Source: an uncultured Lachnospiraceae bacterium
GTDB lineage: Bacteria; Bacillota; Clostridia; Lachnospirales; Lachnospiraceae
Direction of reading: 5' to 3'
NCBI GenBank assembly: GCA_902779575.1
Contig: CACZBW010000020.1
Span: 24-64,023 of the forward strand
Length of the DNA: 64,000 nt
Below the pieces are notes generated by a model. That model had not been told where the DNA came from. It did not search any database and was given only the letters and a program-made list of their open reading frames with translations. The translations under genes and the position numbers were made by a program. Shown piece after piece: positions 55,996 to 64,000 of the stretch; position 1 is the stretch's first letter, and the number at the start of each line of letters is the position of its first letter.

Positions 55996-56343
55996 TCTTT
56001 TTCTTCCTTCCTCAGGCAGGTTTCGAGGCCTGTTATATTTCGCATGCATATCTTGAGGGATCTGGTATCCCCTCCTTCTTCAATGAATTCAGGGTACTTA
56101 TCTGCATGGCGCCTGATTGCGTCCTGCCCCGTATGTCCTCCGGCCTGACAGGCTTTCTGCTGTATGAATCAGTTACTCTTTTTCATCTGCTCATCCGCCC
56201 ATTGATATACAGACTCCAACGCCCGGATCAATGACTCTGTTATAATAGAGCATACCGGATTTGTAAAGGGTGCCGGCCGAACTTAGCAAGGATCAGGCAG
56301 GCTTCCATATCCGGCTGCCAGTTCAGCTTGCCATATCTTCTTT

Positions 56344-56718
56344 TCACTTTTCACGGATCCGGACCTTCACGATCCTCATATTTACAAATCCGTCGCACAT
56401 CCGGATCAGCAGCCTGTGGACAAAGCCGACAAGTCCTCCGACAAGACGGTTTCCTTCTCCGCTGACGGTGATCTTTGTTCCGACAGCTTCACAATCTGTG
56501 ATCTCAGGTGCACCCCAGGGCGCACCGCAAAGCGCTCCAAACCCCCATGTGGCATTCCCTTCCGCGGTTATGCTCCCATCCACAGCCCGGCAGTTTTTGA
56601 CAGAGCTCATGGTTGTACTCCCGGCTATGATCCCGACACACGCACCGTCGTCTCCATGGCTTCGTCCACTGCGGCGTAGTCCTCTTTGGTTTGATACGCC
56701 TTCTCCCCGGCTCCTCAT
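56344..56718 (-). pseudogene. GLUG-motif repeat fragment (probable remnant of a larger surface protein)
   Basis: GIIAGSTTMSSVKNCRAVDGSITAEG and GGLVGFV resemble GLUG repeats. The ORF overlaps the upstream gene and lacks a credible start. Further frame-broken coding text lies at 56150-56340. Confidence 0.3.
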
Positions 56719-56758
56719 GATCAACACGCCGGGCAGGAATGAAAAGTGTAACCAGATT

Positions 56759-57154
56759 CTATTGTTTCTTGTATCCGGCAAGCAGTAAACCGGCAAAGAA
56801 TGCACAGAGCGCAGATCCCGCCAGCATTGCAGCCGCCCGCTTTTTATTCTGTTTCATGCCATAGAGTGCTGCGGGAATCCCCAGCAGCCCTCCGGCCGTC
56901 AAGGCGCCAAACCCTCGAAATAACCGTTTTCCCGAAAGTACCCGGTCAAGGCCGTGGATCCGCTCGCTGATCAGCTCAACAACACCGGTCAGCATAAACA
57001 CTGCAGGAACCATAGCCCCTAAACTGTGAATATCCCGTTTCTCCCGCAGCCCTCTCACAGCACAGACAAGCCATGTGATCCAGCCGATATTTCCGGGGAT
57101 ATCATAGGCAATCCATCGCCTGTCTGAAATCGCCGTTTTATACTGTAACTTCAT
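56759..57154 (-). CDS. Small integral membrane protein
   Basis: 131 aa with four hydrophobic segments, 3 nt downstream of the ATC-hydrolase-like gene. Confidence 0.55.
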   Translation of the reverse strand: MKLQYKTAISDRRWIAYDIPGNIGWITWLVCAVRGLREKRDIHSLGAMVPAVFMLTGVVELISERIHGLDRVLSGKRLFRGFGALTAGGLLGIPAALYGMKQNKKRAAAMLAGSALCAFFAGLLLAGYKKQ

Positions 57155-57157
57155 CTC

Positions 57158-57766
57158 TTATACCTTCTTCAAATAAAAATCACAACGTTTCCCGCCTTTA
57201 CCAAGAGTGCTCGTCCGGATAAACTGTAATCCCGGCAGGTTTCCATAGGTGCGCTCGTCATTTTCACAGAATATCTTTGTAAGCTCCGGGCATCCAAGTT
57301 CCGTGAAATACCGGTTATAAGGACAGGCTATGATGTCCATCCGATAGGCGCCTTTCTCTTTTGGATAGAACACATTTTGAAAGCCGCAGGATTCTCCGAA
57401 CATTTTCCTGCTGATTGGATCCCACAGACTGATAAAGAAGCTGCTCATTCCCGGAATCTTCATCATTTTCGCCAGCTTCTCTCCCATGGCTGATGTATTT
57501 GCAATCGCTGAATTTTCGATGATACTGTAAGCCTTATCCGCAGGAATATGCTCCTTCGCCGTAAGGTAGATCGCAGCAGCCGGGAATATAAAACTGTCCG
57601 TATGCGTATGAACTCCCTTGGGAAGAGAAGCATACTGATCCAGTATGTCCGCCAGCCGCCCGGTGGATTTCTTCCACAGGTAATCACTCTGTTTTTTCGT
57701 CAGCTGCCGGTCCATTTCCTCTTTGATAAAAGTTTTCTTTTTCATGATCTGCTGTGCAGCTGCCAT
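57158..57766 (-). CDS. L-2-amino-thiazoline-4-carboxylic acid hydrolase-like protein
   Basis: C-terminal CPYNRYFTELGCPELTKIFCENDERTYGNLPGLQFIRTSTLGKGGKRCDF matches the ATC_hydrolase family pattern (from memory). Confidence 0.7.
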   Translation of the reverse strand: MAAAQQIMKKKTFIKEEMDRQLTKKQSDYLWKKSTGRLADILDQYASLPKGVHTHTDSFIFPAAAIYLTAKEHIPADKAYSIIENSAIANTSAMGEKLAKMMKIPGMSSFFISLWDPISRKMFGESCGFQNVFYPKEKGAYRMDIIACPYNRYFTELGCPELTKIFCENDERTYGNLPGLQFIRTSTLGKGGKRCDFYLKKV

Positions 57767-57844
57767 CTTTCCGCCCCTTTCCTTTTACTTCCACGTCAGG
57801 AAGTACAGTATTGCACAATCAATTCCCGCAAAGATCAGTGCTCA

Positions 57845-58630
57845 TCATTTTCTCCCCGTCAGCAAGGCGGAACCTGAAAGTCCCATCCATCCGGCTTCGC
57901 TCTTACGGATCCATTTCCCATTGGTTGTGTCGATCAGATCTACCTTCTCGTATCCCATCTCCTTCAGTTTCTTTACGAAAACGTGCATATCTCCGTATTT
58001 CCCGGCGGAGAAAATGTCGTGGATCGCAAAGGTTCCGCCTTTTTTCAAGGTCCGCAGCGTCTCCAGCAGGATCGCCTGCCTGTCCTTTGAAGGGATATTA
58101 TGATACACATAATTGCTGGCCACAGCATCAAATGTTTCATCGGGGAAATCCAGATGCGTGGCATCTCCCTGCCGGAAACGGACATTCGTTACGCCCTCTG
58201 CCCTGGCATTGCCTTCGCAGAGCTCCTTATTAAAAGATGCATATTCCCTGCCCCAACGATCTATACCTGTCACATGCGCTTCAGGATTTCTTTTTGCAAT
58301 TGCAATAGCCAGGGCTCCGCTGCCGCAGCCTACATCCAGGCAGTTTCCTTCTGCAGGCAGATTTACATAGCCGGCGATACCAGAGATAATCTGCCTGGAC
58401 ATCTGTCTTTTCCCGTTATAATCAAATGCACGATACATCAGATAAGACCAGACAGACACCCCTGAAAAAAGAACTCCGGCAGCTGTGGACACTCCCGCCA
58501 TCACATGTTTCACAGTTCCTTCAGGCATCAAAATACACACCCCCAGTGCCGCGAGCCATGATACGACTGCTCCTCCTGCAAATGAAGCCACCATTCCTTT
58601 CGGCATCCAGTTTTTATAATCTGCTCCCAT
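57845..58630 (-). CDS. Membrane-anchored class I SAM-dependent methyltransferase
   Basis: Start at MGADYKNW (TAGGAGA RBS). Two N-terminal TM helices. Motif I LDVGCGSG. Confidence 0.85.
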   Translation of the reverse strand: MGADYKNWMPKGMVASFAGGAVVSWLAALGVCILMPEGTVKHVMAGVSTAAGVLFSGVSVWSYLMYRAFDYNGKRQMSRQIISGIAGYVNLPAEGNCLDVGCGSGALAIAIAKRNPEAHVTGIDRWGREYASFNKELCEGNARAEGVTNVRFRQGDATHLDFPDETFDAVASNYVYHNIPSKDRQAILLETLRTLKKGGTFAIHDIFSAGKYGDMHVFVKKLKEMGYEKVDLIDTTNGKWIRKSEAGWMGLSGSALLTGRK

Positions 58631-58641
58631 GATATAATCTC

Positions 58642-59154
58642 CTATCCATGTATTGCCAAAACCTTTATTCCCCAATATAAAGCACCTATGAGCGCCGAAA
58701 CCGGTATCGCAAATGGAATCAGCTGCAGCATCTTCCACTGTTTTACATGGACGCTGTGCCATGTATCGTTCAGATCTTCCGTCCCGGGTATGATCCACCA
58801 GTCAGACAGGGCCACCCATATGGTGTCAATCACAAGCCAGTCAAAAAACTCTGCTCCCAGGAACAGGATATAGAACTGCCAGCAGCAGCTGAAATAAGTC
58901 TGAGCACCATTAATTCGCAGGATCATAAACCCCGGCACAAGAATCATCAGCGCCAGAAGCAGGATATAGGCAAAGGTTCTTCGGCTTCTTAATTCCTGTT
59001 CTGTCATAAGTCCTATTTCGATCACTCTCTCCTGCATTACCCGGGGATAAAAGAAAATGCCGCCGAGCGGTCCGCGCTTATGCACAAGGATTGCCATATA
59101 TAGCGCATATATAATCCATAGAATCAGTATTTCAATGATGAGTTTTCCGATCAT
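58642..59154 (-). CDS. Integral membrane protein
   Basis: 170 aa with five hydrophobic helices, AAGGGAGAG RBS. First gene of the operon. Confidence 0.6.
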   Translation of the reverse strand: MIGKLIIEILILWIIYALYMAILVHKRGPLGGIFFYPRVMQERVIEIGLMTEQELRSRRTFAYILLLALMILVPGFMILRINGAQTYFSCCWQFYILFLGAEFFDWLVIDTIWVALSDWWIIPGTEDLNDTWHSVHVKQWKMLQLIPFAIPVSALIGALYWGIKVLAIHG

Positions 59155-59245
59155 ATAGTAATCTCTCCCTTACTCTCGAATGAGGTCATCTCCTCTGCAT
59201 CTCCTTCAGTGATATCCGTTTCATTCCGATCCTCCAGAAGCGATA

Positions 59246-59346
59246 AGAGCAGGCCCGAAATCAATCGAATCCTGCTCCGTGAAAAGAACACTTTGTTGTT
59301 AGATTTCGCTAACCGATAGTAAGATAACACTAACCATCCGATTTTT
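59246..59346. repeat. ~100-nt intergenic element, copy B
   Basis: Core AGAGCAGGCCCGAAATCAATCGAATCCTGCTCCG forms a perfect 7-bp stem with a 17-nt loop. On the minus strand: TTGAAA (59349-59344), 17 nt, TATCTT (59326-59321), about 90 nt upstream of the 59154 start. Confidence 0.6.
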
Positions 59347-59597
59347 CAATACCTTTGCGCTTCTTCATCGATATATTTGCAATCCATACAGACACGATCA
59401 TACCGACGATGACAACAACCGGAAATGCCCATGCAGGGCCGATGAGCATACATTCGGAAAATTGTTCGCCGGATGTTGCACAACATGTGATTTTCCTTTA
59501 TGCTGAACTCAGTAACGTTAAAAGAGTGAATGTGATCAGGCTGCTCCATACGAGCAGCTATTTTTAAACCTGAAAACGAATAAAGAAGGTGACAGAT

Positions 59598-59915
59598 ATG
59601 ACGTTCCGGTTTGCCGATGAGAATGACTGCAGCGTGATTCTCTCATTTATCAAAGCCCTTGCCGATTATGAGAAAATGACGGAACAGGTTGTCGAAACGG
59701 AAGAGCCGGCATTTACCTGGAGGATCTTTTTGTCCTCCCGGAATACCGTGGGAAAGGATATGGGAAAGCGCTGCTGAAAAGGCTGGCGCAGATCACAATG
59801 GAACGTGGCTGCGGCCGGCTGGAATGGGCATGCCTTGACTGAAATCAGTATACACAAAAGATTTGGCGAAATCTGTATCCTGAGATACACCGAAAAAATC
59901 TTTTCTGGTGTATAA
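59598..59915 (+). pseudogene. Degraded GNAT (diamine acetyltransferase-like) gene
   Basis: MTFRFADENDCSVILSFIKALADYEKMTEQVVETEE, then about 60 aa of core are missing and the frame shifts to YLEDLFVLPEYRGKGYGKALLKRLAQITMERGCGRLEWACLD. That is followed by TGA where homologs carry TGG (LDWN). Confidence 0.6.
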
Positions 59916-59945
59916 TGAAGCCAGAGTTCTTTAAGGAGGTTCAAT

Positions 59946-60620
59946 ATGGACTATTCTGTACTGGAAAACAGCACACTGTTTCGGGGGGTACCCGCAAAAG
60001 CCCTCCGGACATATCTGGAGGAGACACCTCATCACATCCAGTGCTACGATAAAGAAGAAACGGTCTTTCATCTGATGGATCCCGCATCCAAGATCGGTAT
60101 TATTCTGGAAGGGCAGGTGGAAGTTCAAAAATCCTTCCCGAACGGAAGCCAGGTAAATGTCTCCGTCCGTATCCAGGGTGAATTGATCGGGCCTGCCGCT
60201 GTCTTCTCAAAAAGCCAGCGCTATCCCTGCGATATTGTCGCGCTGGAGCCGTCTACCATGATGATGTTCCAAAAGGAAGATCTTCTTTCTCTGATGCAGA
60301 AGGATGTACGGATCCTGCAGAACTTCACAACTGAGATCGCTTCTGCAACCTATATGCTGCAGCAGAGGCTGGAGCTTTTGTCCTACAGCGGAATCGCCCG
60401 GAAAGCCGCTTTCTGGCTGCTGATGCAGATCAGGCAAACTGGAAAGACTGCCGTTAAGATCCCTGATTCCATGTCCAAATGGGCCATGATGATGAATGTA
60501 TCCAGACCATCCCTTCACAGGGAAATGAAAAAGCTGGAAGGAAGTGGAATCATCCGATACACGGGTAAAGCCATTGAAGTCTTAAATCCGGATGAACTGC
60601 AGTCAGTGCTAAGCGATTGA
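59946..60620 (+). CDS. Crp/Fnr-family transcriptional regulator
   Basis: 224 aa, AAGGAGG RBS. cNMP-binding-like N-terminal half and C-terminal HTH (SKWAMMMNVSRPSLHREMKKLEGSGII). Confidence 0.85.
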   Translation: MDYSVLENSTLFRGVPAKALRTYLEETPHHIQCYDKEETVFHLMDPASKIGIILEGQVEVQKSFPNGSQVNVSVRIQGELIGPAAVFSKSQRYPCDIVALEPSTMMMFQKEDLLSLMQKDVRILQNFTTEIASATYMLQQRLELLSYSGIARKAAFWLLMQIRQTGKTAVKIPDSMSKWAMMMNVSRPSLHREMKKLEGSGIIRYTGKAIEVLNPDELQSVLSD

Positions 60621-60783
60621 TTTGTTCGATCACCAGTGCGTCGATCATATTATACATCTGCTGCAGAATATTTCCTGCGATCAGCGGGCTTGATATCTTC
60701 AGTATGGAAACCGTTATATTTCCTTTTGCCGGGTCTGCACGGCACTCCGTCCGGCATTTACTACAAAAGTGCTCATCACTTCA

Positions 60784-61254
60784 TCAGTCTCTTTCCACAA
60801 TCGGTGTAAAGTGCCCGGGCATATTCTTCAGTTCCCTTGCAATGGAAACCGGGACAACGTAGTGCTGTTCCAGCTCGTCCAGAGGAATCCAGATTAATTC
60901 TTCTGATACGCCTCGCTCGGTAACCGAACTGCATTTGATATCACCAAGAGCTGCAGTGTCTTTCATAAGAAAATAAACAGCTACCTCATGAAAATGTTCT
61001 CCCGTTACTTCTTCGTCGAAAAACTGTTCATGGAAAAATACCGGGCGATCCACAGATAGCTTTACACCGGTTTCTTCCAGCACTTCCCGTATAACTGCTT
61101 CCTCTGTGGTTTCATTATAGTTCACCCGGCCACCGACGCTGTACAGGTAAGGCACTTCCGGATTTCTCATCAGAAGAACTTTCCCATCGTGAAGGATTAT
61201 TGCACCGACACGGTAATTGAACCGGCCATATGGCGTTTTAAATGTCAGATCCAT
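60784..61254 (-). CDS. NUDIX hydrolase
   Basis: Nudix box GGRVNYNETTEEAVIREVLEETG. Confidence 0.85.
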   Translation of the reverse strand: MDLTFKTPYGRFNYRVGAIILHDGKVLLMRNPEVPYLYSVGGRVNYNETTEEAVIREVLEETGVKLSVDRPVFFHEQFFDEEVTGEHFHEVAVYFLMKDTAALGDIKCSSVTERGVSEELIWIPLDELEQHYVVPVSIARELKNMPGHFTPIVERD

Positions 61255-61507
61255 ACCTGCCCCCCTGCATATCTTCGCTGAAATCAGTTCCTCATTCGCT
61301 CAGCCTGTATATGCATCCTCCGCTGTATTCCTGAAGTTCTGCTTCGCCAGCCATTCCCGCTCCTCATCATTCTCCGGAATGTCAATACGCTCAATCTGCT
61401 CATACGACCATTACCATCATTAAACGGATAAATACACAAGATCAGATATCATTCTCGGCTTACGATAACTTCCGGTTTTCTTTCCTATCTTATATACATG
61501 AATTTGT

Positions 61508-61762
61508 TCAATATACCACTTTTATTTTTTCAGGATGATTTTCTTCATAAGCAAGTTGAACCGTATCACCTTCAACAGGTACGGGAAATTTCGTTCCAAT
61601 CCATTTTCTCTTAATGTGTTCTTTTCCGTCCACTACATACCTGACTTTGATAATATATGGAAAAGCTGCGCTTTCCATGGTTCCTATTCGTATTGGTTTC
61701 TTATTAATCTTCAGCCACCACTGTTTTTTTGCCGATAGGATCGTCCCTGTTGTTCTTTGCAT
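61508..61762 (-). CDS. Small hypothetical protein (DUF3592-like beta domain, no TM anchor)
   Basis: 84 aa in AT-rich DNA. PYIIKVRYVVDGKEH...GDTVQLAYEENHP resembles DUF3592. Confidence 0.45.
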   Translation of the reverse strand: MQRTTGTILSAKKQWWLKINKKPIRIGTMESAAFPYIIKVRYVVDGKEHIKRKWIGTKFPVPVEGDTVQLAYEENHPEKIKVVY

Positions 61763-61789
61763 TACTTTACCTCCTCACACTTCGAAAGA

Positions 61790-62313
61790 TCACTCAGACT
61801 CAGCCTCTTTATTATCGTCAAATGCCATGTCATATGTATCGACAGGATAAAGGAGCGAATCGTCATCACTGAAACGTTCATGCCAGTTTTTTTCATTCAG
61901 ATCATCCAGAAAGACCGCAAAAACATGACCTATAGAAGCGCACAGCCAAAACATCAGTAGTATGAGTTTCTTTTTCGGCGTATTCAATATCGTCATGTTC
62001 CTCTACAGAAACGATATCTGTTTCCTCATGATCATGTGCACAATAGTTATCGCACAGTTTTATTGCCAGATCAGCATATTCAGACTTCTTGATTGCCTTC
62101 TCCAATCGGGAAAAAGCGCAAATCATTATTACCATTATGAGCCAGGGAATTACGTAGGCGATAAACAAAAGAAATCTCAACAATCCCATCTTCATAATCC
62201 TTGTAAAAATCTTCGAAAAAAACTGCGGAGGAACAATTTAACTCCGTAGATTTTTCAAATAGTTTCCCTTGATATTCTGCCAACAGCAGACCGGTATGAT
62301 CAAACTCTTTCAT
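61790..62313 (-). other. AT-rich stretch with three mutually overlapping short ORFs (small membrane/acidic proteins or decayed gene)
   Basis: ORFs 62080..62313, 61902..62195 and 61790..61996 overlap by ~95-115 nt in different frames. Two begin with a TM helix followed by acidic tails. They cannot all be real. Confidence 0.25.
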
Positions 62314-62413
62314 TTCAATAGCTCCTCTATATCCCGCGAAAGGACCAGCAAATCCAGGCCGCCAAAGCAAAAATCTTTGCAGAAGCGAAGCCCGCATAAC
62401 GCGGGCTTTTATC

Positions 62414-62977
62414 TTATCTGCCATGGCAGAAGTCCGTTTCTATCGTGCTCCAGATGATTTTCGCAGCAAATTCAATACCGCGTTCGGATGCATGTGCTCC
62501 ATCCTCATCATACATCTCTATATCCAGCCAGCTGGCTTTATATGGCCACCAGGATTCACCGACCGGCGCATACAGGGCATCAAGATCTTCCGCAAGCTTC
62601 CTGTTGACATGATTCATAGTCGGCTGCACTTCTTCCTCTGCCTTCATCGCCCAGGTTCCGTAGATCACCGGCGTGCTCCCGGCTTCACGTATCCAGGATA
62701 CCAGCGTCGTTGCCGCCTCAATATAGCCGGGAACATCATCGAAGGGATGCGAGTGTTCCTGCAGTACCACATAATCGTAATGCCCTAACTTAATATTGAA
62801 GCGGACATCCGGCTCTTCCACATGCTGATGCAGATACCAACCGCCATGAGCGAGCATCGTCACGTCGCACTCGTACCCTTCTTCCTTTGCCATGAGTGCT
62901 ACCCATGCAGGCAGGTCATGGTAATAGGTGTGGCTGTTCCCGATGAACAGGATCTTTACTTTCTTCTTTCGTGCCAT
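62414..62977 (-). CDS. SGNH-like hydrolase
   Basis: Start at MARKKKVKILFIGNSHTYY (block I-like GNSH). 187 aa. Confidence 0.65.
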   Translation of the reverse strand: MARKKKVKILFIGNSHTYYHDLPAWVALMAKEEGYECDVTMLAHGGWYLHQHVEEPDVRFNIKLGHYDYVVLQEHSHPFDDVPGYIEAATTLVSWIREAGSTPVIYGTWAMKAEEEVQPTMNHVNRKLAEDLDALYAPVGESWWPYKASWLDIEMYDEDGAHASERGIEFAAKIIWSTIETDFCHGR

Positions 62978-63692
62978 TAGCAACACCCTCCAGGCTCCAT
63001 AAACGAATACCTGATTTCCCTTTCTCTTTCATAATCTCTGCTGCCAGATTCACCCAACTCTCACAACGATCAAGAATCACGAAATCCGATGTGATGACAT
63101 TTTCCCTGCCATATAGAGACCGATCCACATCCCTCAGAATCTGTATATCCAGCCCAAAAGCAAATTCTTCTCCGACATCCGCAATCAATGCCTTCAGACG
63201 TCCGGAGTTCGACACCGGTTCGTCAAGCATTATAGTCGCTTTGCTGATTCGCGCTTCCTGAAGCATCTGAAGCATCATCCGAACTGCTTCCGAAGTCTCC
63301 GGGATCAGCCTATATGTTCCCCTAAGCGCCGCCAGGTCCCGGATCGTGCCATCCATGCACTCAAACAGAATCCCCTCACTCAGCATAACCTCCAGCGTAA
63401 TGATCGTATTGAATCCATCAATCCATACTTCTTTCCCATCCAGATCGGTTATCTGCACCCGCCTGTCCTTGCGGTTGGCAAGCTGCTCATCTGTCGCCAG
63501 GCTCCTCATGATAGCCAGTCGCTGCCTCTCGGACAACAGAAAATGGTTGCCGACAAAAGTCGAGGCCTGCTTCAGATCGTAGCCTTCATTAATCAGATAT
63601 CGGACATGACATGATGCTTTCTGCATGGTACGGATTGCTTCGGGTGCAAAATTCCGCTCATCTTCCGGCACATAGCCTCTCTTTGCATTCAC
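62916..63692 (-). CDS. DUF434-domain protein
   Basis: 258 codons, GTG start after GGGAG. N-terminal ...ASCHVRYLINEGYDLKQASTFVGNHFLLSERQR resembles DUF434. The 3' end overlaps the next gene by ~60 nt, so a C-terminal frameshift is possible. Confidence 0.65.
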   Translation of the reverse strand: MNAKRGYVPEDERNFAPEAIRTMQKASCHVRYLINEGYDLKQASTFVGNHFLLSERQRLAIMRSLATDEQLANRKDRRVQITDLDGKEVWIDGFNTIITLEVMLSEGILFECMDGTIRDLAALRGTYRLIPETSEAVRMMLQMLQEARISKATIMLDEPVSNSGRLKALIADVGEEFAFGLDIQILRDVDRSLYGRENVITSDFVILDRCESWVNLAAEIMKEKGKSGIRLWSLEGVANGTKEESKDPVHREQPHLLP

Positions 63693-63842
63693 CCCATATC
63701 ACTCCCATATGTTTTCAAAGGCTGTCAACAATACCCTGCAGATACTGCTTATATTTCTCCCGCACATACTCCGGCCAGCTGATCCGGATCCCTTTCCCGA
63801 TTCCGGCAAGCCATCCGAAGAACTGCGGAATGACGGTTACAG

Positions 63843-63923
63843 TCACGCCGGCATGAAAATGCTCCTGATCATGCCTTTACGTGTATCGGAACTTTTCTTT
63901 GTTCCAATAATCTGGATGTTCAT
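63843..63923 (-). pseudogene. ArsC/Spx-family N-terminal fragment (26 codons)
   Basis: GGGGAG RBS then MNIQIIGTKKSSDTRKG..., like the N-terminus of ArsC-family proteins but with Ser in place of the usual Cys and a premature TGA. Confidence 0.25.
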
Positions 63924-64000
63924 TAGCAACGCTCCCCTAACAACTTGAATCTGTACGTTTGTTTCCCGGTCTTATTGGTCAAGAAAACCTTTCACTGCCC

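Noticed and set aside
59330-59449. 39-aa minus-strand ORF (MLIGPAWAFPVVVIVGMIVSVWIANISMKKRKGIEKSDG) whose stop lies inside element B
   Set aside because: It looks like a TM helix, but it has no SD and no alternative start. The equivalent position beside element A has no ORF.
59830-59832. TGA-as-Trp (alternative genetic code) suggested by LD-TGA-NQ in the GNAT gene
   Set aside because: Many well-supported genes in the window terminate at TGA. The same gene also has a large internal deletion and frameshift. It is a plain pseudogene.
1-64000. CRISPR arrays, rRNA/tRNA genes, transposases, integrases, prophage genes
   Set aside because: I scanned for regularly spaced direct repeats, cloverleaf-compatible segments and recombinase, terminase or capsid-like ORFs. 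None were found.

Overview
This is a 64-kb chromosomal segment that looks like a Clostridia (Lachnospiraceae-like) gut anaerobe. That placement is inferred from GGAGG-type ribosome-binding sites, hand-sampled G+C of roughly 55-60% in coding DNA, a SpoVK-like AAA+ gene and clostridial DUF families. I support about 60 protein genes. I found no rRNA, tRNA, CRISPR array, transposase or integrase.

Gene content, left to right:
- TetR regulator, MMPL transporter and heptad-repeat partner module
- a small AT-rich islet with a MazF/PemK-fold gene
- GNAT, SDR, GrpB and an exported nucleoside 2-deoxyribosyltransferase-like protein
- a TRAP transporter (gene order P-M-Q) plus a nitroreductase
- a four-gene operon ending in a non-canonical P1B-like P-type ATPase
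- a giant MscS-family channel
- an Smr and ABC-type ATPase pair
- exported PepSY-type proteins
- a run of esterases, SGNH hydrolases and an ATP-grasp gene
- MATE efflux pump and GH4 glycosidase
- a DapA-family lyase, then moaA and a MOSC-MogA fusion
- an arabinofuranoside-type locus (2x GH127-like, ABC importer, AraC regulator)
- a SpoVK-like AAA+ protein with an RpoA alpha-CTD-like tail
- an Fe-S aldo/keto reductase and a large lipase-like membrane protein
- GH172, msrA and sfsA
- a LytTR/DUF3021 pair, then a membrane protein, methyltransferase and ATC-hydrolase operon
- Crp/Fnr, NUDIX, DUF434 and an SGNH-like gene

The most interesting feature is at 4469..5544. An AT-rich insertion carries an orphan MazF/PemK-fold toxin-like gene. 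No antitoxin ORF precedes it. Instead there is a promoter-like box followed by a structured leader with paired hairpins and two hairpin+U-tract terminators. I read this as a candidate RNA-antitoxin (type III-like) toxin-antitoxin or abortive-infection module.

Other points worth a second look:
- two homologous ~100-nt intergenic elements at 52610 and 59246, which read as promoter plus conserved leader hairpin
- a ~59-nt palindromic intergenic repeat family at 14886 and 24476
- the Smr + ATPase pair
- the atypical P-type ATPase operon
- a conspicuous amount of gene decay (nonsense, frameshift and deletion pseudogenes)

All functional calls come from motif recognition by eye. No database search was possible.
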